From positions 1-40,502 of the IMG/VR virus record IMGVR_UViG_3300042198_000101: a DNA stretch of 40,502 nucleotides; one strand, given 5' to 3'. The notes beneath the pieces are model-generated. The model was not told the DNA's origin. It was given only the letters and a program-made list of their open reading frames with translations, and searched no databases. The position numbers were made by a program, and so were the translations under genes. This DNA is from a virus (taxonomy: Duplodnaviria; Caudoviricetes). Shown here piece after piece: positions 9,640 through 16,611 of this stretch (positions are counted from its first letter, which is position 1; each line of letters begins with the position of its first letter).

Positions 9640-9953
9640 AATACGTGGTGGGAAGCATGGTAGGTGCGGGCGTTCTGGCGGGCGCGCAGCTTGGCGCATC
9701 AAGCCTCGATCAGATGATCGGGCAGGAAATGGGCATGTCGGCGGACATGGTCCAAACGGCGGTGCAGTCGGCCAATGCCGCGCTGGGCGCCGGTCCCGAT
9801 GCGTCGTGGGTGATCCTCGCCGTGGCGGCCATGCCGGTGGTTTTCCACCTGTCGAAAGCCGGCATGGCCATGGTGCAAGCAGAGCATGAATATTCCATCG
9901 CGAAGCGACGGAAGGCGGCGGGGCTCGACCGATCAACGAGCGAAACGGAGTAA
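9636..9953 (+). CDS. Membrane protein, 105 aa
   Basis: ATGA coupling; two hydrophobic segments; charged tail. Confidence 0.65.
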   Translation: MKYVVGSMVGAGVLAGAQLGASSLDQMIGQEMGMSADMVQTAVQSANAALGAGPDASWVILAVAAMPVVFHLSKAGMAMVQAEHEYSIAKRRKAAGLDRSTSETE

Positions 9954-9963
9954 GGAGAAACTA

Positions 9964-10146
9964 ATGAAGTTCGAAGTCACCTTGGACAACGCGCTGGACG
10001 TGGTCGGCACGGCCGCGGCTGCTTACGTCGGCTACGTGCTGACGGGCGGCAAGCCCATCCCCGGCTTTGCCGAGCTGGTGCCGTTCATCGCGGCGGCCGC
10101 GCTGGGGATCTTCACGTGGCGGCAGGTTCGCAAGAACAACGTCTAG
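9964..10146 (+). CDS. Small 2-TM membrane protein, holin candidate
   Basis: AGGAGA SD before ATG 9964; 60 aa, two TMs, basic end RQVRKNNV. Confidence 0.65.
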   Translation: MKFEVTLDNALDVVGTAAAAYVGYVLTGGKPIPGFAELVPFIAAAALGIFTWRQVRKNNV

Positions 10147-10165
10147 GCCAGACGCCAGACGCAGA

Positions 10166-10202
10166 AACGGCCCCGGTGTTAAGCCGGGGCCGTTCTGTTT
10201 TT
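10166..10202. terminator. Rho-independent terminator between convergent genes, ending the late/lysis operon
   Basis: AACGGCCCCGG / CCGGGGCCGTT stem followed by CTGTTTTT. Confidence 0.8.
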
Positions 10203-10207
10203 GCGTT

Positions 10208-10675
10208 CTAGGCTGCCTTGTTCCAGCGCTTTTCAGCGAGGAGGCGGGCGGGGTTCACGACCGGGGCTTGCTCCCGGTGATCCTTCATCGATCGGGCAAA
10301 GCCGAACGTGGCGAACACGTTCACCAGCGAGATGAAAAAACAAGCCGGCCAGAGCGCCCAATCAGGGGCCAGCGCATATTCGGCGTTGAGGTGTTCCAAA
10401 CCGAGGTGGTTCAGGTTGGCCTCGATGGCGCCGAAACCTACGCCGAGAATGCCGGCGATGATCGCCGTGGCGTAGTTCTTCGTTTCCCATGCTTCCATCA
10501 CGCGCGCCACCGCGCGGGACAGGAGGAACACGATCACCACCATGGCGGTGGTGAGGAGCGTTCCGGGGAGCCAACCCTTCGACCAGAAGCCGAGGGTGGC
10601 GGTCACAACTGAGAGCCCAACGAAGGCAAGGCAGGCTTGCTGTTCAAGCGGGCGGTCTTCGGTATACTTGGTCAT
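10208..10675 (-). CDS. Polytopic (about 4 TM) membrane protein, moron-like
   Basis: AAAGGA SD before ATG 10675; 155 aa; opposite strand to the late genes. Confidence 0.75.
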   Translation of the reverse strand: MTKYTEDRPLEQQACLAFVGLSVVTATLGFWSKGWLPGTLLTTAMVVIVFLLSRAVARVMEAWETKNYATAIIAGILGVGFGAIEANLNHLGLEHLNAEYALAPDWALWPACFFISLVNVFATFGFARSMKDHREQAPVVNPARLLAEKRWNKAA

Positions 10676-10776
10676 AGCGCGGTCCTTTCGCGTTAGGCCC
10701 GGTTGAGGGTTGCCGCCTCGCCGGGCCGTTCTGATTGTCAAACATCTCTAGGGGGCGCGAATTTCGACCCCCTCAT

Positions 10777-10810
10777 AAAAAGGCCCCGACACTCGGGGGA
10801 GGGTCGGGGC
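10777..10810 (-). terminator. Rho-independent terminator of the putative sRNA
   Basis: Minus strand GCCCCGAC...GTCGGGGC-C-TTTTT. Confidence 0.75.
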
Positions 10811-10998
10811 GCTTTCTTCAGGCGATTTGGAAGCTAGAGCGGTGTTCTGGGGTCCGGTATTCTGCCCTGTCGTATTCTGGTGCCCTTTTCCATCTTGGCT
10901 CCCTTGCGGGGGCGGTATGGGTTCCGGTTTTCTGGGTCCGATGTTCTGCCCTGCCGTGGTTCCTGTGATCCGCTCTAGCTACCAAATCGTCTGCCTAT
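10777..10998 (-). ncRNA. Putative structured small RNA, ~220 nt, unknown family
   Basis: Own promoter and terminator; 24-bp inverted repeat 10819-10842/10970-10993 (22/24 match); duplicated ~30-nt motif; central GCAA-tetraloop hairpin. Confidence 0.6.
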
Positions 10999-11004
10999 GA
11001 GAGC

Positions 11005-11033
11005 AATATGGCGGCAATCCACCGACATGGCAA
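11005..11033 (-). promoter_or_regulatory. Leftward sigma70-type promoter for the putative sRNA
   Basis: Minus strand TTGCCA-17 bp-CATATT. Confidence 0.6.
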
Positions 11034-11089
11034 GCCACCAGAAAGCCACCACTGATCACAAGTTCGTGATTGCCACCAGCTTGCCACCA
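11034..11089. promoter_or_regulatory. Four GCCACCA direct repeats, putative RHH operator
   Basis: At 11034, 11045, 11072, 11083 (two pairs with 11-bp period) around an ATCAC-N6-GTGAT palindrome. Confidence 0.6.
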
Positions 11090-11109
11090 CACTGGCCATG
11101 GGTTAATAT
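11081..11109 (+). promoter_or_regulatory. Rightward sigma70-type promoter for the RHH gene
   Basis: TTGCCA-17 bp-TAATAT. Confidence 0.6.
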
Positions 11110-11133
11110 TCTTCACGATTGGGAGAACGACCT

Positions 11134-11400
11134 ATGAGCAAAGCAAAACCCCGCACCGGCGACAGGCATGTCGGGACCGCCAAAACGATCCGTTTCACTG
11201 ATGAGCAGGCGGCCCGCCTGGACGCGCTGAAGGATCGGACGGGGGGAACCTATGCCGATGCTATCGACGCCGCTGCCAGGGCCTTGCTGGGCTCAAATGA
11301 CAGGCGCGCCGACCTGGCCCTCGAATTGCGCCGTCTGGCCGATCAGATCGAGGGCGGCAAACCCCAACACGATGGGACACGCCGCCGCGAAAAGCCTTGA
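11134..11400 (+). CDS. Ribbon-helix-helix (CopG/Arc-like) DNA-binding protein
   Basis: GGGAGA SD; KTIRFTDEQAARLDALKDRTGGTYADAIDAA fits strand-helix-Gly turn-helix. Confidence 0.7.
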   Translation: MSKAKPRTGDRHVGTAKTIRFTDEQAARLDALKDRTGGTYADAIDAAARALLGSNDRRADLALELRRLADQIEGGKPQHDGTRRREKP

Positions 11401-11553
11401 AATCATGCGCATGGCTATTTGTCCCATCCTTCCGATAGACCGTTGATCCGTCACACTTTGCCCTGTCCCCTAGGGACTGCCAGCGCGTTTTTAGCGACCT
11501 GTTTAATAACAGATTTTCGCTCAATTGTCCCACTGGCAGGGTCGGCTGGGACA
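11373..11553. other. attP: core 11466-11482 (tRNA-Glu-like 3' end) with flanking TGTCCCA arm-type sites
   Basis: TCCCCTAGGGACTGCCA resembles the T-arm/acceptor/CCA end of tRNA-Glu; TGTCCCA or its complement at 11373, 11420, 11526, 11547. Confidence 0.7.
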
Positions 11554-12584
11554 GAAACCCCAAAAACCGCCCCCAAGGCATCGCTCGCCATGCCCGCCCT
11601 TTGCGCCTTGGCCGTGTAGGTCGCCGCCTGCTGATGCGTGGCGTGGCCAAGCACGGCCATAATCTGATGGGGCGTGCATCCCGCCTCAGCCATCCGGGCC
11701 GCCGCGGCCTTCCTGAGCCCGTGGAACGAGCACGCAGGGTCAACGCCTGCCTCGGCGCACCATTCCCGAAACTTGTTCTGCAGGCCCTTGCCGCTGGCAA
11801 AGGGGTGGCCATAGGCCGTTTCCAGCCAGGTCAGGCCCTTGCCCTGCCAAGCGTCCAGCGCCTCACGCAGCGGCGGGACAATCGGAATATCGACATGCAC
11901 CGGGCGCCGGTTGGCGTTCTTCGACTGCGTGAACCGCAAGCGCCCGTCCCGCTCATGCGGGCGTCCGATCCGCACCGCGTCGCTGATGCGCTGCGCCGTG
12001 TAAAGCCCGATCGCATAGGCTGTGCGGGCCTGCGTGCCGAGCGGGTGCTTGGCCTCATAGGCCATGCAATCCTCAGCGGTCCATGTCCTGTGCCCCTCCG
12101 TGACGTTGGGCTTGCGCCGGATGCCTGCCGTGGGATCCGTCATCACCAGACCGTCATCGCAGGCCAGCCGATAGACGGCACGCAGGGCGGCGAGAAATTC
12201 TTTTCCCTGCGCATAGGTTCGCACTTTCACCCCTAGCCGGATCGTCATTGGATCGATCACCGCCGGCAGGTGGCCGAACTTCTCCACCAGCGCCTCTAGC
12301 AGCCGCTCACGCGGGCGTTGTGTCAGCTTGCGGTCCAGCGCCCGAAAATCCCGGCTCGTCAGGTAATGGCGCACGATGTAGGCGAATGTACCCCGCCCCG
12401 GCCCTGTGCGGCGCGTGGGGGCGGCTTCGCCATTGCGGGCAGCGAAATAGGCCAGCGCAAAAGCCTCGCTGCCTGGGTCACCATGCAGGCGCACCTTTGG
12501 CTTACCCGGCGCGCGGAAATACCACCGCACATTGCCCCGCGCGTCCACGTCGCGCGTGATGCCCTTCCATTCGATCGACGCCAT
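11451..12584 (-). CDS. int: Tyrosine recombinase / phage integrase
   Basis: TAQRISD (R), FHGLRK (HxxR), LGH, ATYT (Y); start at ATG 12584 or coupled TTG 12596. Confidence 0.95.
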   Translation of the reverse strand: MASIEWKGITRDVDARGNVRWYFRAPGKPKVRLHGDPGSEAFALAYFAARNGEAAPTRRTGPGRGTFAYIVRHYLTSRDFRALDRKLTQRPRERLLEALVEKFGHLPAVIDPMTIRLGVKVRTYAQGKEFLAALRAVYRLACDDGLVMTDPTAGIRRKPNVTEGHRTWTAEDCMAYEAKHPLGTQARTAYAIGLYTAQRISDAVRIGRPHERDGRLRFTQSKNANRRPVHVDIPIVPPLREALDAWQGKGLTWLETAYGHPFASGKGLQNKFREWCAEAGVDPACSFHGLRKAAAARMAEAGCTPHQIMAVLGHATHQQAATYTAKAQRAGMASDALGAVFGVSVPADPASGTIERKSVIKQVAKNALAVPRGQGKV

Positions 12585-12592
12585 GTCCGGCC

Positions 12593-12805
12593 TCAAATCC
12601 TTACCCCCGCCCAAGGGTTGGCCTCGACCGTTGGTAATTCGTTAAGCGTCTCCTCAAGCTCGCTGCGCAGCCAGAACAGGCGGCGCGTCTCGGGGTACTG
12701 CCTCGCCCTGGGCATGTGGCCGCGCTCAACCAGTTTATCGAACGTGGTCGGCGAGACGCCGACAAACTCCGCAGCCTGGCGACGGTTCAGCGCGTGGGGT
12801 GTCAC
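12593..12805 (-). CDS. xis: Excisionase / AlpA-like winged HTH
   Basis: LNRRQAAEFVGVSPTTFDKLVERGHMP...LFWLRSEL; directly upstream of int; GTG start in a GTGA overlap. Confidence 0.8.
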   Translation of the reverse strand: MTPHALNRRQAAEFVGVSPTTFDKLVERGHMPRARQYPETRRLFWLRSELEETLNELPTVEANPWAGVRI

Positions 12806-12927
12806 CACCGCCACCCTCTCGGCCAGATGATCGCGGCCACGAGCAACACAAGGCCGACGACAACGATGGGCGCTGCCGCGCAAAGCCCTTGCCATAGGCG
12901 TGCATATTCTTCTGGATCGTTGATCAT
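12802..12927 (-). CDS. 41-aa single-TM microprotein (not in ORF track)
   Basis: MINDPEEYARLWQGLCAAAPIVVVGLVLLVAAIIWPRGWRW; ATGA overlap upstream and GTGA overlap downstream. Confidence 0.65.
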   Translation of the reverse strand: MINDPEEYARLWQGLCAAAPIVVVGLVLLVAAIIWPRGWRW

Positions 12928-13106
12928 TCCGCGGGCCGCCTTGGCTGATCAAACAGCATCGCCTTTAGTCGTTCATCTTCCCGCTTGCGCAGCGCCGCGA
13001 TCTCGTCGGCGGCATCATTCAACAGATCGCCCGTCACGCGGACGAACGGCGTCGCCTGACTGCATTGGGCGGCCTTGGTGCGGAGCTGGTCAAGGATGTC
13101 GCTCAC
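12924..13106 (-). CDS. Hypothetical early protein, 60 aa
   Basis: DIL.QLR...DAADEIAALR pattern common in phage early genes; coupled at both ends. Confidence 0.7.
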   Translation of the reverse strand: MSDILDQLRTKAAQCSQATPFVRVTGDLLNDAADEIAALRKREDERLKAMLFDQPRRPAE

Positions 13107-13507
13107 GGCAGCGGCTCCCCCTTGTCCTGCTCCAGCGCCGCGCGGATTTTCTCTGCGGCTGCGCGGGCGCGGCGCAAGTGGCCGAGGTTGAACATGGCGG
13201 GCACGGCTGGATACCCGGCCTCCCTGACCTCAATCGGGAAGTCGTCCGGCAAAGGCTTTCCGTTGACACCCCACTCTGCGGCTTCTTTCGCAAACGGCTC
13301 CAGCGCCCCCAGCGCCTCGGCCAGCAACTCGCGCGGGGGAAGGGCGGAGAGGGCGGCGCGGGCTTGCTTCATCGCAAGATCATGCAGCGCATAGAAGCCT
13401 TCGCTATCAAGATTTTCCCAGGCGACGTAGTCCCTGCCGCCTTTGGGAAAGCCACCTTCATAGATCGCCCGCGCGACCCGCTCCACCGTCTCATCATCGT
13501 GTGTCAC
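13103..13507 (-). CDS. Hypothetical early protein, 134 aa
   Basis: VERVARAI...QARAALSAL...ALEPFA phage motifs; coupled. Confidence 0.7.
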   Translation of the reverse strand: MTHDDETVERVARAIYEGGFPKGGRDYVAWENLDSEGFYALHDLAMKQARAALSALPPRELLAEALGALEPFAKEAAEWGVNGKPLPDDFPIEVREAGYPAVPAMFNLGHLRRARAAAEKIRAALEQDKGEPLP

Positions 13508-13538
13508 TGTGCGTCTCCTTCAGCGAGTTCGCGGTGGG

Positions 13539-14123
13539 TCATGCTGCTGTCCTTTCGCGAATGGCGTCTGTCCATTGGTGTGCCATCGCTTCCGCCACGC
13601 CGCGGAAGGTACGCGAGCGCTCCTTCCACCTGTCCGGGCCTGGCGGCATCCGGTGGACGCGTGCGACACGGCCGGCGACGATGTTGGTAGGCTCCAGCTT
13701 CGGCAGGCCCTTGAGCCAGAGGCAGGTGGCCTTGACCTCGCCATGTCCGAATTGCCACGGCTGTATCACCTGATCCGGCTTGCGGATGCGGCTGCTGATG
13801 ATGCTGATGGGGTTCTCGATTGCGATGCGCGGTATGGGCGCGGCCATCAGGTCGGCCACGAACTGCAACGCTTCGGCTTGTTCTGCCTGCTTGTCCTTGA
13901 ACCAGCGCGCGCCACTGACGGCCAGATGCGTGCAGGGCGGATGTGCGATCATTAGATCCCAGCCAAGGTGCAGAACCTCGCGCACGTCGCGCTGATAGTG
14001 CGCGCCTGGCGTCTCGCTCGGGAGCAGGTCGCAACTGAACGCGGTCCAGCCCTGCCGGCGGAATGCGTCACGCACCGTTCCGGAGAACTCGCAGGCGACA
14101 AGAACACGCGGCGCGCGGCTCAT
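13539..14123 (-). CDS. Short phage DNA cytosine-C5 methyltransferase-like protein
   Basis: VLVACEFSG (SAM motif I variant), DLMIAHPPC (catalytic PC), IENP motif. Confidence 0.75.
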   Translation of the reverse strand: MSRAPRVLVACEFSGTVRDAFRRQGWTAFSCDLLPSETPGAHYQRDVREVLHLGWDLMIAHPPCTHLAVSGARWFKDKQAEQAEALQFVADLMAAPIPRIAIENPISIISSRIRKPDQVIQPWQFGHGEVKATCLWLKGLPKLEPTNIVAGRVARVHRMPPGPDRWKERSRTFRGVAEAMAHQWTDAIRERTAA

Positions 14124-14305
14124 TGCGGTGCGCCTGACTTGGTGATGGAAAAATCCGGGATCACGCCGTGTTCGTTGAAGTACATGAGCAGGCTGTGATA
14201 CAGGTGCTCGCGATCCTTCTCGGCGTCGGGAACCTCAGCGATGGCCGCATCAAGCTTTGCGTTGATTGCGTCTCTGAGTGAGTTCGGGATGACAAACATG
14301 CTCAT
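14120..14305 (-). CDS. Hypothetical protein, 61 aa
   Basis: ATGA-coupled in the early-left operon. Confidence 0.65.
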   Translation of the reverse strand: MSMFVIPNSLRDAINAKLDAAIAEVPDAEKDREHLYHSLLMYFNEHGVIPDFSITKSGAPQ

Positions 14306-14571
14306 GCTGACCGCCCCTCTTCCCGCGCCATCCGCTCCAGCCTGCGCGCCAAAAACATCGCGTGGACGGGCTTGTCGCGTCGCACATCAATCTCGAACCC
14401 CCGCTGATCCTGGCACGTACACGCGCGCGCCTCGGCGTGCTCCACGTACTCCGCGATGCACTGGACGGTGGCGACGCGGATCGCGGCCATGGCGTCGGGG
14501 ATGCCGCTGTTGAAGTGGCGGGCGAGGATGCGGGCAGTCTCGGCGCGGATGTCTGATGCGATGTCGGTCAT
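14302..14571 (-). CDS. Hypothetical protein, 89 aa
   Basis: ATGA-coupled in the early-left operon. Confidence 0.65.
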   Translation of the reverse strand: MTDIASDIRAETARILARHFNSGIPDAMAAIRVATVQCIAEYVEHAEARACTCQDQRGFEIDVRRDKPVHAMFLARRLERMAREEGRSA

Positions 14572-15152
14572 GGCTGGGCTCCAAAGAGTGTGAAGGGTTC
14601 GGGCTGCAGTTTCAGGCGCTGCGTAATGGCGTGGCTCATCGCGCCCGAGCCGGGAAACAGATCGTTGACGTCATCGCCGGGCTGCGCGCCGAGAAGGTCA
14701 AGAACCCAGAGGCAGAAGGCGTGAGGCTTGCGGCCTACGAATATTTTACCGGCGCGAATGTCCGATTTCTTCATCTGGTAGCGGGGCTCGTTGGTCGGCT
14801 GCTGCGCTGTGAAAACGAAGTCGCCGGTGCGGTTGCCCGTGCTATCGTAATCGCGCCCACCCATGAGAATAACGGGCTCGAAATGACGGCGCACGGGGAC
14901 GGCCTTGCCGGCAAAGCGCGGGCGGTCTGTGATCCACGCGCAGACCCGCGCGCCGTTCGGGCACATCGGCAGGATCACGCGCAAGCTCTGCTCGCTTAGG
15001 CTCATGACCCAGCCATCCGGGTACTCAGCTTGCAGGCGGTCGATCAGCTTGTTGTGCGTTGTCGGATCGTCCCAAATCATCGCCTCGGGGTGATGCGCAA
15101 CATAGTATTCAGCGCGCCCGAGGTACGGCGGATCGGCGTAAGCGAACCTCAC
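14568..15152 (-). CDS. Amino (N6-A/N4-C) DNA methyltransferase, beta-class motif order
   Basis: YADPPY at the N-terminus, DLFPGSGA at the C-terminus; GTG start after GGGAGG. Confidence 0.8.
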   Translation of the reverse strand: MRFAYADPPYLGRAEYYVAHHPEAMIWDDPTTHNKLIDRLQAEYPDGWVMSLSEQSLRVILPMCPNGARVCAWITDRPRFAGKAVPVRRHFEPVILMGGRDYDSTGNRTGDFVFTAQQPTNEPRYQMKKSDIRAGKIFVGRKPHAFCLWVLDLLGAQPGDDVNDLFPGSGAMSHAITQRLKLQPEPFTLFGAQP

Positions 15153-15225
15153 GGCACATCCTCCCAATCGGCAAGGTCCAGCGGGTGGCGGGGGGTGAAA
15201 AGGTCGAGGAGGCGGGAGAGGAGGG

Positions 15226-15465
15226 TCATGGAACGCGCTCTACAATTGAGCGCACAGCTTCAAGAGCCTCTCGAAGGCATTCGCTTTTTGATTTTCCGGT
15301 GTGCGTGGAGTAGGCCGCCGCGGCCAACCCCAGACAAGCGGCAGTCGCATAAGTTCCGACAATGAAAGCATCCTTGTCGTTGTCACAAAGCTTCATCACC
15401 GGAAGAACCGCCCGCTCTGCTTTGCGCGCTGCGTGGTCGCCAAGGTCGTCAACGATTGCACTCAT
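15226..15465 (-). CDS. Hypothetical protein, 79 aa
   Basis: MSAIVDDLG start in an ATGA overlap. Confidence 0.6.
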   Translation of the reverse strand: MSAIVDDLGDHAARKAERAVLPVMKLCDNDKDAFIVGTYATAACLGLAAAAYSTHTGKSKSECLREALEAVRSIVERVP

Positions 15466-15776
15466 CGCGCACCTGCCAGCGCGGCGCGGGCGGCAAAGAC
15501 GCAACGGTCGTAGCCATCCTCAAAGTCGGCGGCTTCGTAGTAATCCTCGTCCATGTCCTTGGCGGGAACCTGCTTGGCGATTTCTGCCAGCGCGCTTTCT
15601 AACACCCTCACGCGCTCGGCCTGTGCGCGGATCAGGGCGGCGGCGGCGCGGAGCGTGTTGGCGTCTTCAAGCTCGTCCTTAGACGGCTCCCACGCACTGG
15701 CGTTGTACGCCTCATGGCTAGCTGTGTCGGCCAGCGCCTCCAGCCTATCGGCCACCTGTTCCGGGGTCGGGCTCAT
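15462..15776 (-). CDS. Hypothetical protein, 104 aa
   Basis: MSPTPEQVADRLE...ARAAL; ATGA overlap, GAGG SD. Confidence 0.65.
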   Translation of the reverse strand: MSPTPEQVADRLEALADTASHEAYNASAWEPSKDELEDANTLRAAAALIRAQAERVRVLESALAEIAKQVPAKDMDEDYYEAADFEDGYDRCVFAARAALAGAR

Positions 15777-16093
15777 ACCGACACCTCGTCGCGCGCGGTG
15801 GCGGCGCGGTGGTCCGGCTCGCGGCACAGCCGGGCGATGACAGCGGCCAGCGCCTGCTCACAGTCGCGCGCTGCGAGCTTCAGGCCCTCAAGCTGTTCAT
15901 CGGTGGCTTTCCAGCGCTGGGCGCGCTCGACCGATCCGGCCATGCGCTCCATGTGAATGCGCGCTTCCTCTGCTGCGGTCTGCGCAAGGTAGACCTGCCG
16001 GCCCAACTCATCGTGTTGCGTGATCGTGAAGCGCGGCGCTGCGCAGTAGGGCGTGTCGCCTGCGTCGCTTAAGGGTCCGTGGTCGCGGTACAT
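15773..16093 (-). CDS. First gene of the early-left operon, hypothetical
   Basis: AGGAG SD; lies downstream of PL. Confidence 0.7.
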   Translation of the reverse strand: MYRDHGPLSDAGDTPYCAAPRFTITQHDELGRQVYLAQTAAEEARIHMERMAGSVERAQRWKATDEQLEGLKLAARDCEQALAAVIARLCREPDHRAATARDEVSV

Positions 16094-16117
16094 GTGGGCT
16101 CCTGTGGTGTGGAGCCA

Positions 16118-16170
16118 TGGTTCGCAAAATCCGAACCCTCAGTCAACAGCTAAGTTCGCGCTTTCCGAAC
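16118..16170 (-). promoter_or_regulatory. PL promoter with operators OL1/OL2
   Basis: Minus strand TTGACT at 16146-16141; palindromes GTTCG-N7-CGAAC at 16120-16136 and 16154-16170. Confidence 0.75.
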
Positions 16171-16195
16171 TTTTTCGTTCACGAGAAGTAAACGG

Positions 16196-16522
16196 CTAGC
16201 CTTGCTTGCGCTTCGGTGGGGCGGCCAGTGTTTCGAGAATGCGTCTGGCGTCTTCGCGCTTCGTTTCGGGGATGCGGTCCCATATCGACCAGATGCCGTC
16301 AGGCTGCATCGGATTACGCATGATCAGATCAGCGGGCTCGCACGCCAGCGCGTCCGCCAAGGCTTCTAAAAGGTCCTGATTGTAGCGGGTCACGCCGTTT
16401 TCAAACTCGGAAATGTTGCTCTTGCTCTTTCCGATACGCTCACCCAGGCGCGCCTGCGTCAGTCCACGATACTGACGCCACTCTTTGAGGAACCATCTGG
16501 GTCGGGTTTTCTGAGGCATCAC
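16196..16522 (-). CDS. cI: CI-like XRE repressor without an S24 peptidase domain
   Basis: LKEWRQYRGLTQARLGERIGKSKSNISEFENG HTH; divergent from cro; flanked by operators; ATG 16519 may be a leaderless start. Confidence 0.85.
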   Translation of the reverse strand: MMPQKTRPRWFLKEWRQYRGLTQARLGERIGKSKSNISEFENGVTRYNQDLLEALADALACEPADLIMRNPMQPDGIWSIWDRIPETKREDARRILETLAAPPKRKQG

Positions 16523-16528
16523 GCCACT

Positions 16529-16605
16529 ATTCGCATTTTGCGAACCCTGTCGTTACGAAAAATCCGAACGACCCTGTTGACAGCCGGTTCGGAATTTCCG
16601 AACCT
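16529..16605. promoter_or_regulatory. OR1-3 operators and PR/PRM promoters
   Basis: 17-bp sites at 16529-16545, 16553-16569 (degenerate), 16587-16603; TTGACA at 16577-16582. Confidence 0.8.
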
Positions 16606-16611
16606 AGAGGC

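Noticed and set aside
10735-10968. 77-aa plus-strand ORF over the putative sRNA
   Set aside because: TTG start without SD, crosses terminator hairpins, and promoter/terminator polarity favours the minus strand
10819-10993. Retron msr-msd (a1/a2-like inverted repeats)
   Set aside because: No reverse transcriptase ORF in the window and no long msd hairpin; the enclosed region is mostly unpaired
11466-11482. Intact tRNA gene
   Set aside because: Only 17 nt of a tRNA-like 3' end; the upstream sequence has no T-loop, anticodon arm or D arm
15149-15229. Frameshifted mini-gene (MT.LSRLLDLFTPRHPLDLADWEDVP) between two early genes
   Set aside because: Needs a 1-nt insertion to be in frame; cannot distinguish decay, sequencing error or chance
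16120-16603. LexA/SOS boxes
   Set aside because: Sites are inverted GTTCG-N7-CGAAC, not the alphaproteobacterial GTTC-N7-GTTC direct repeat; their positions match CI/Cro operators
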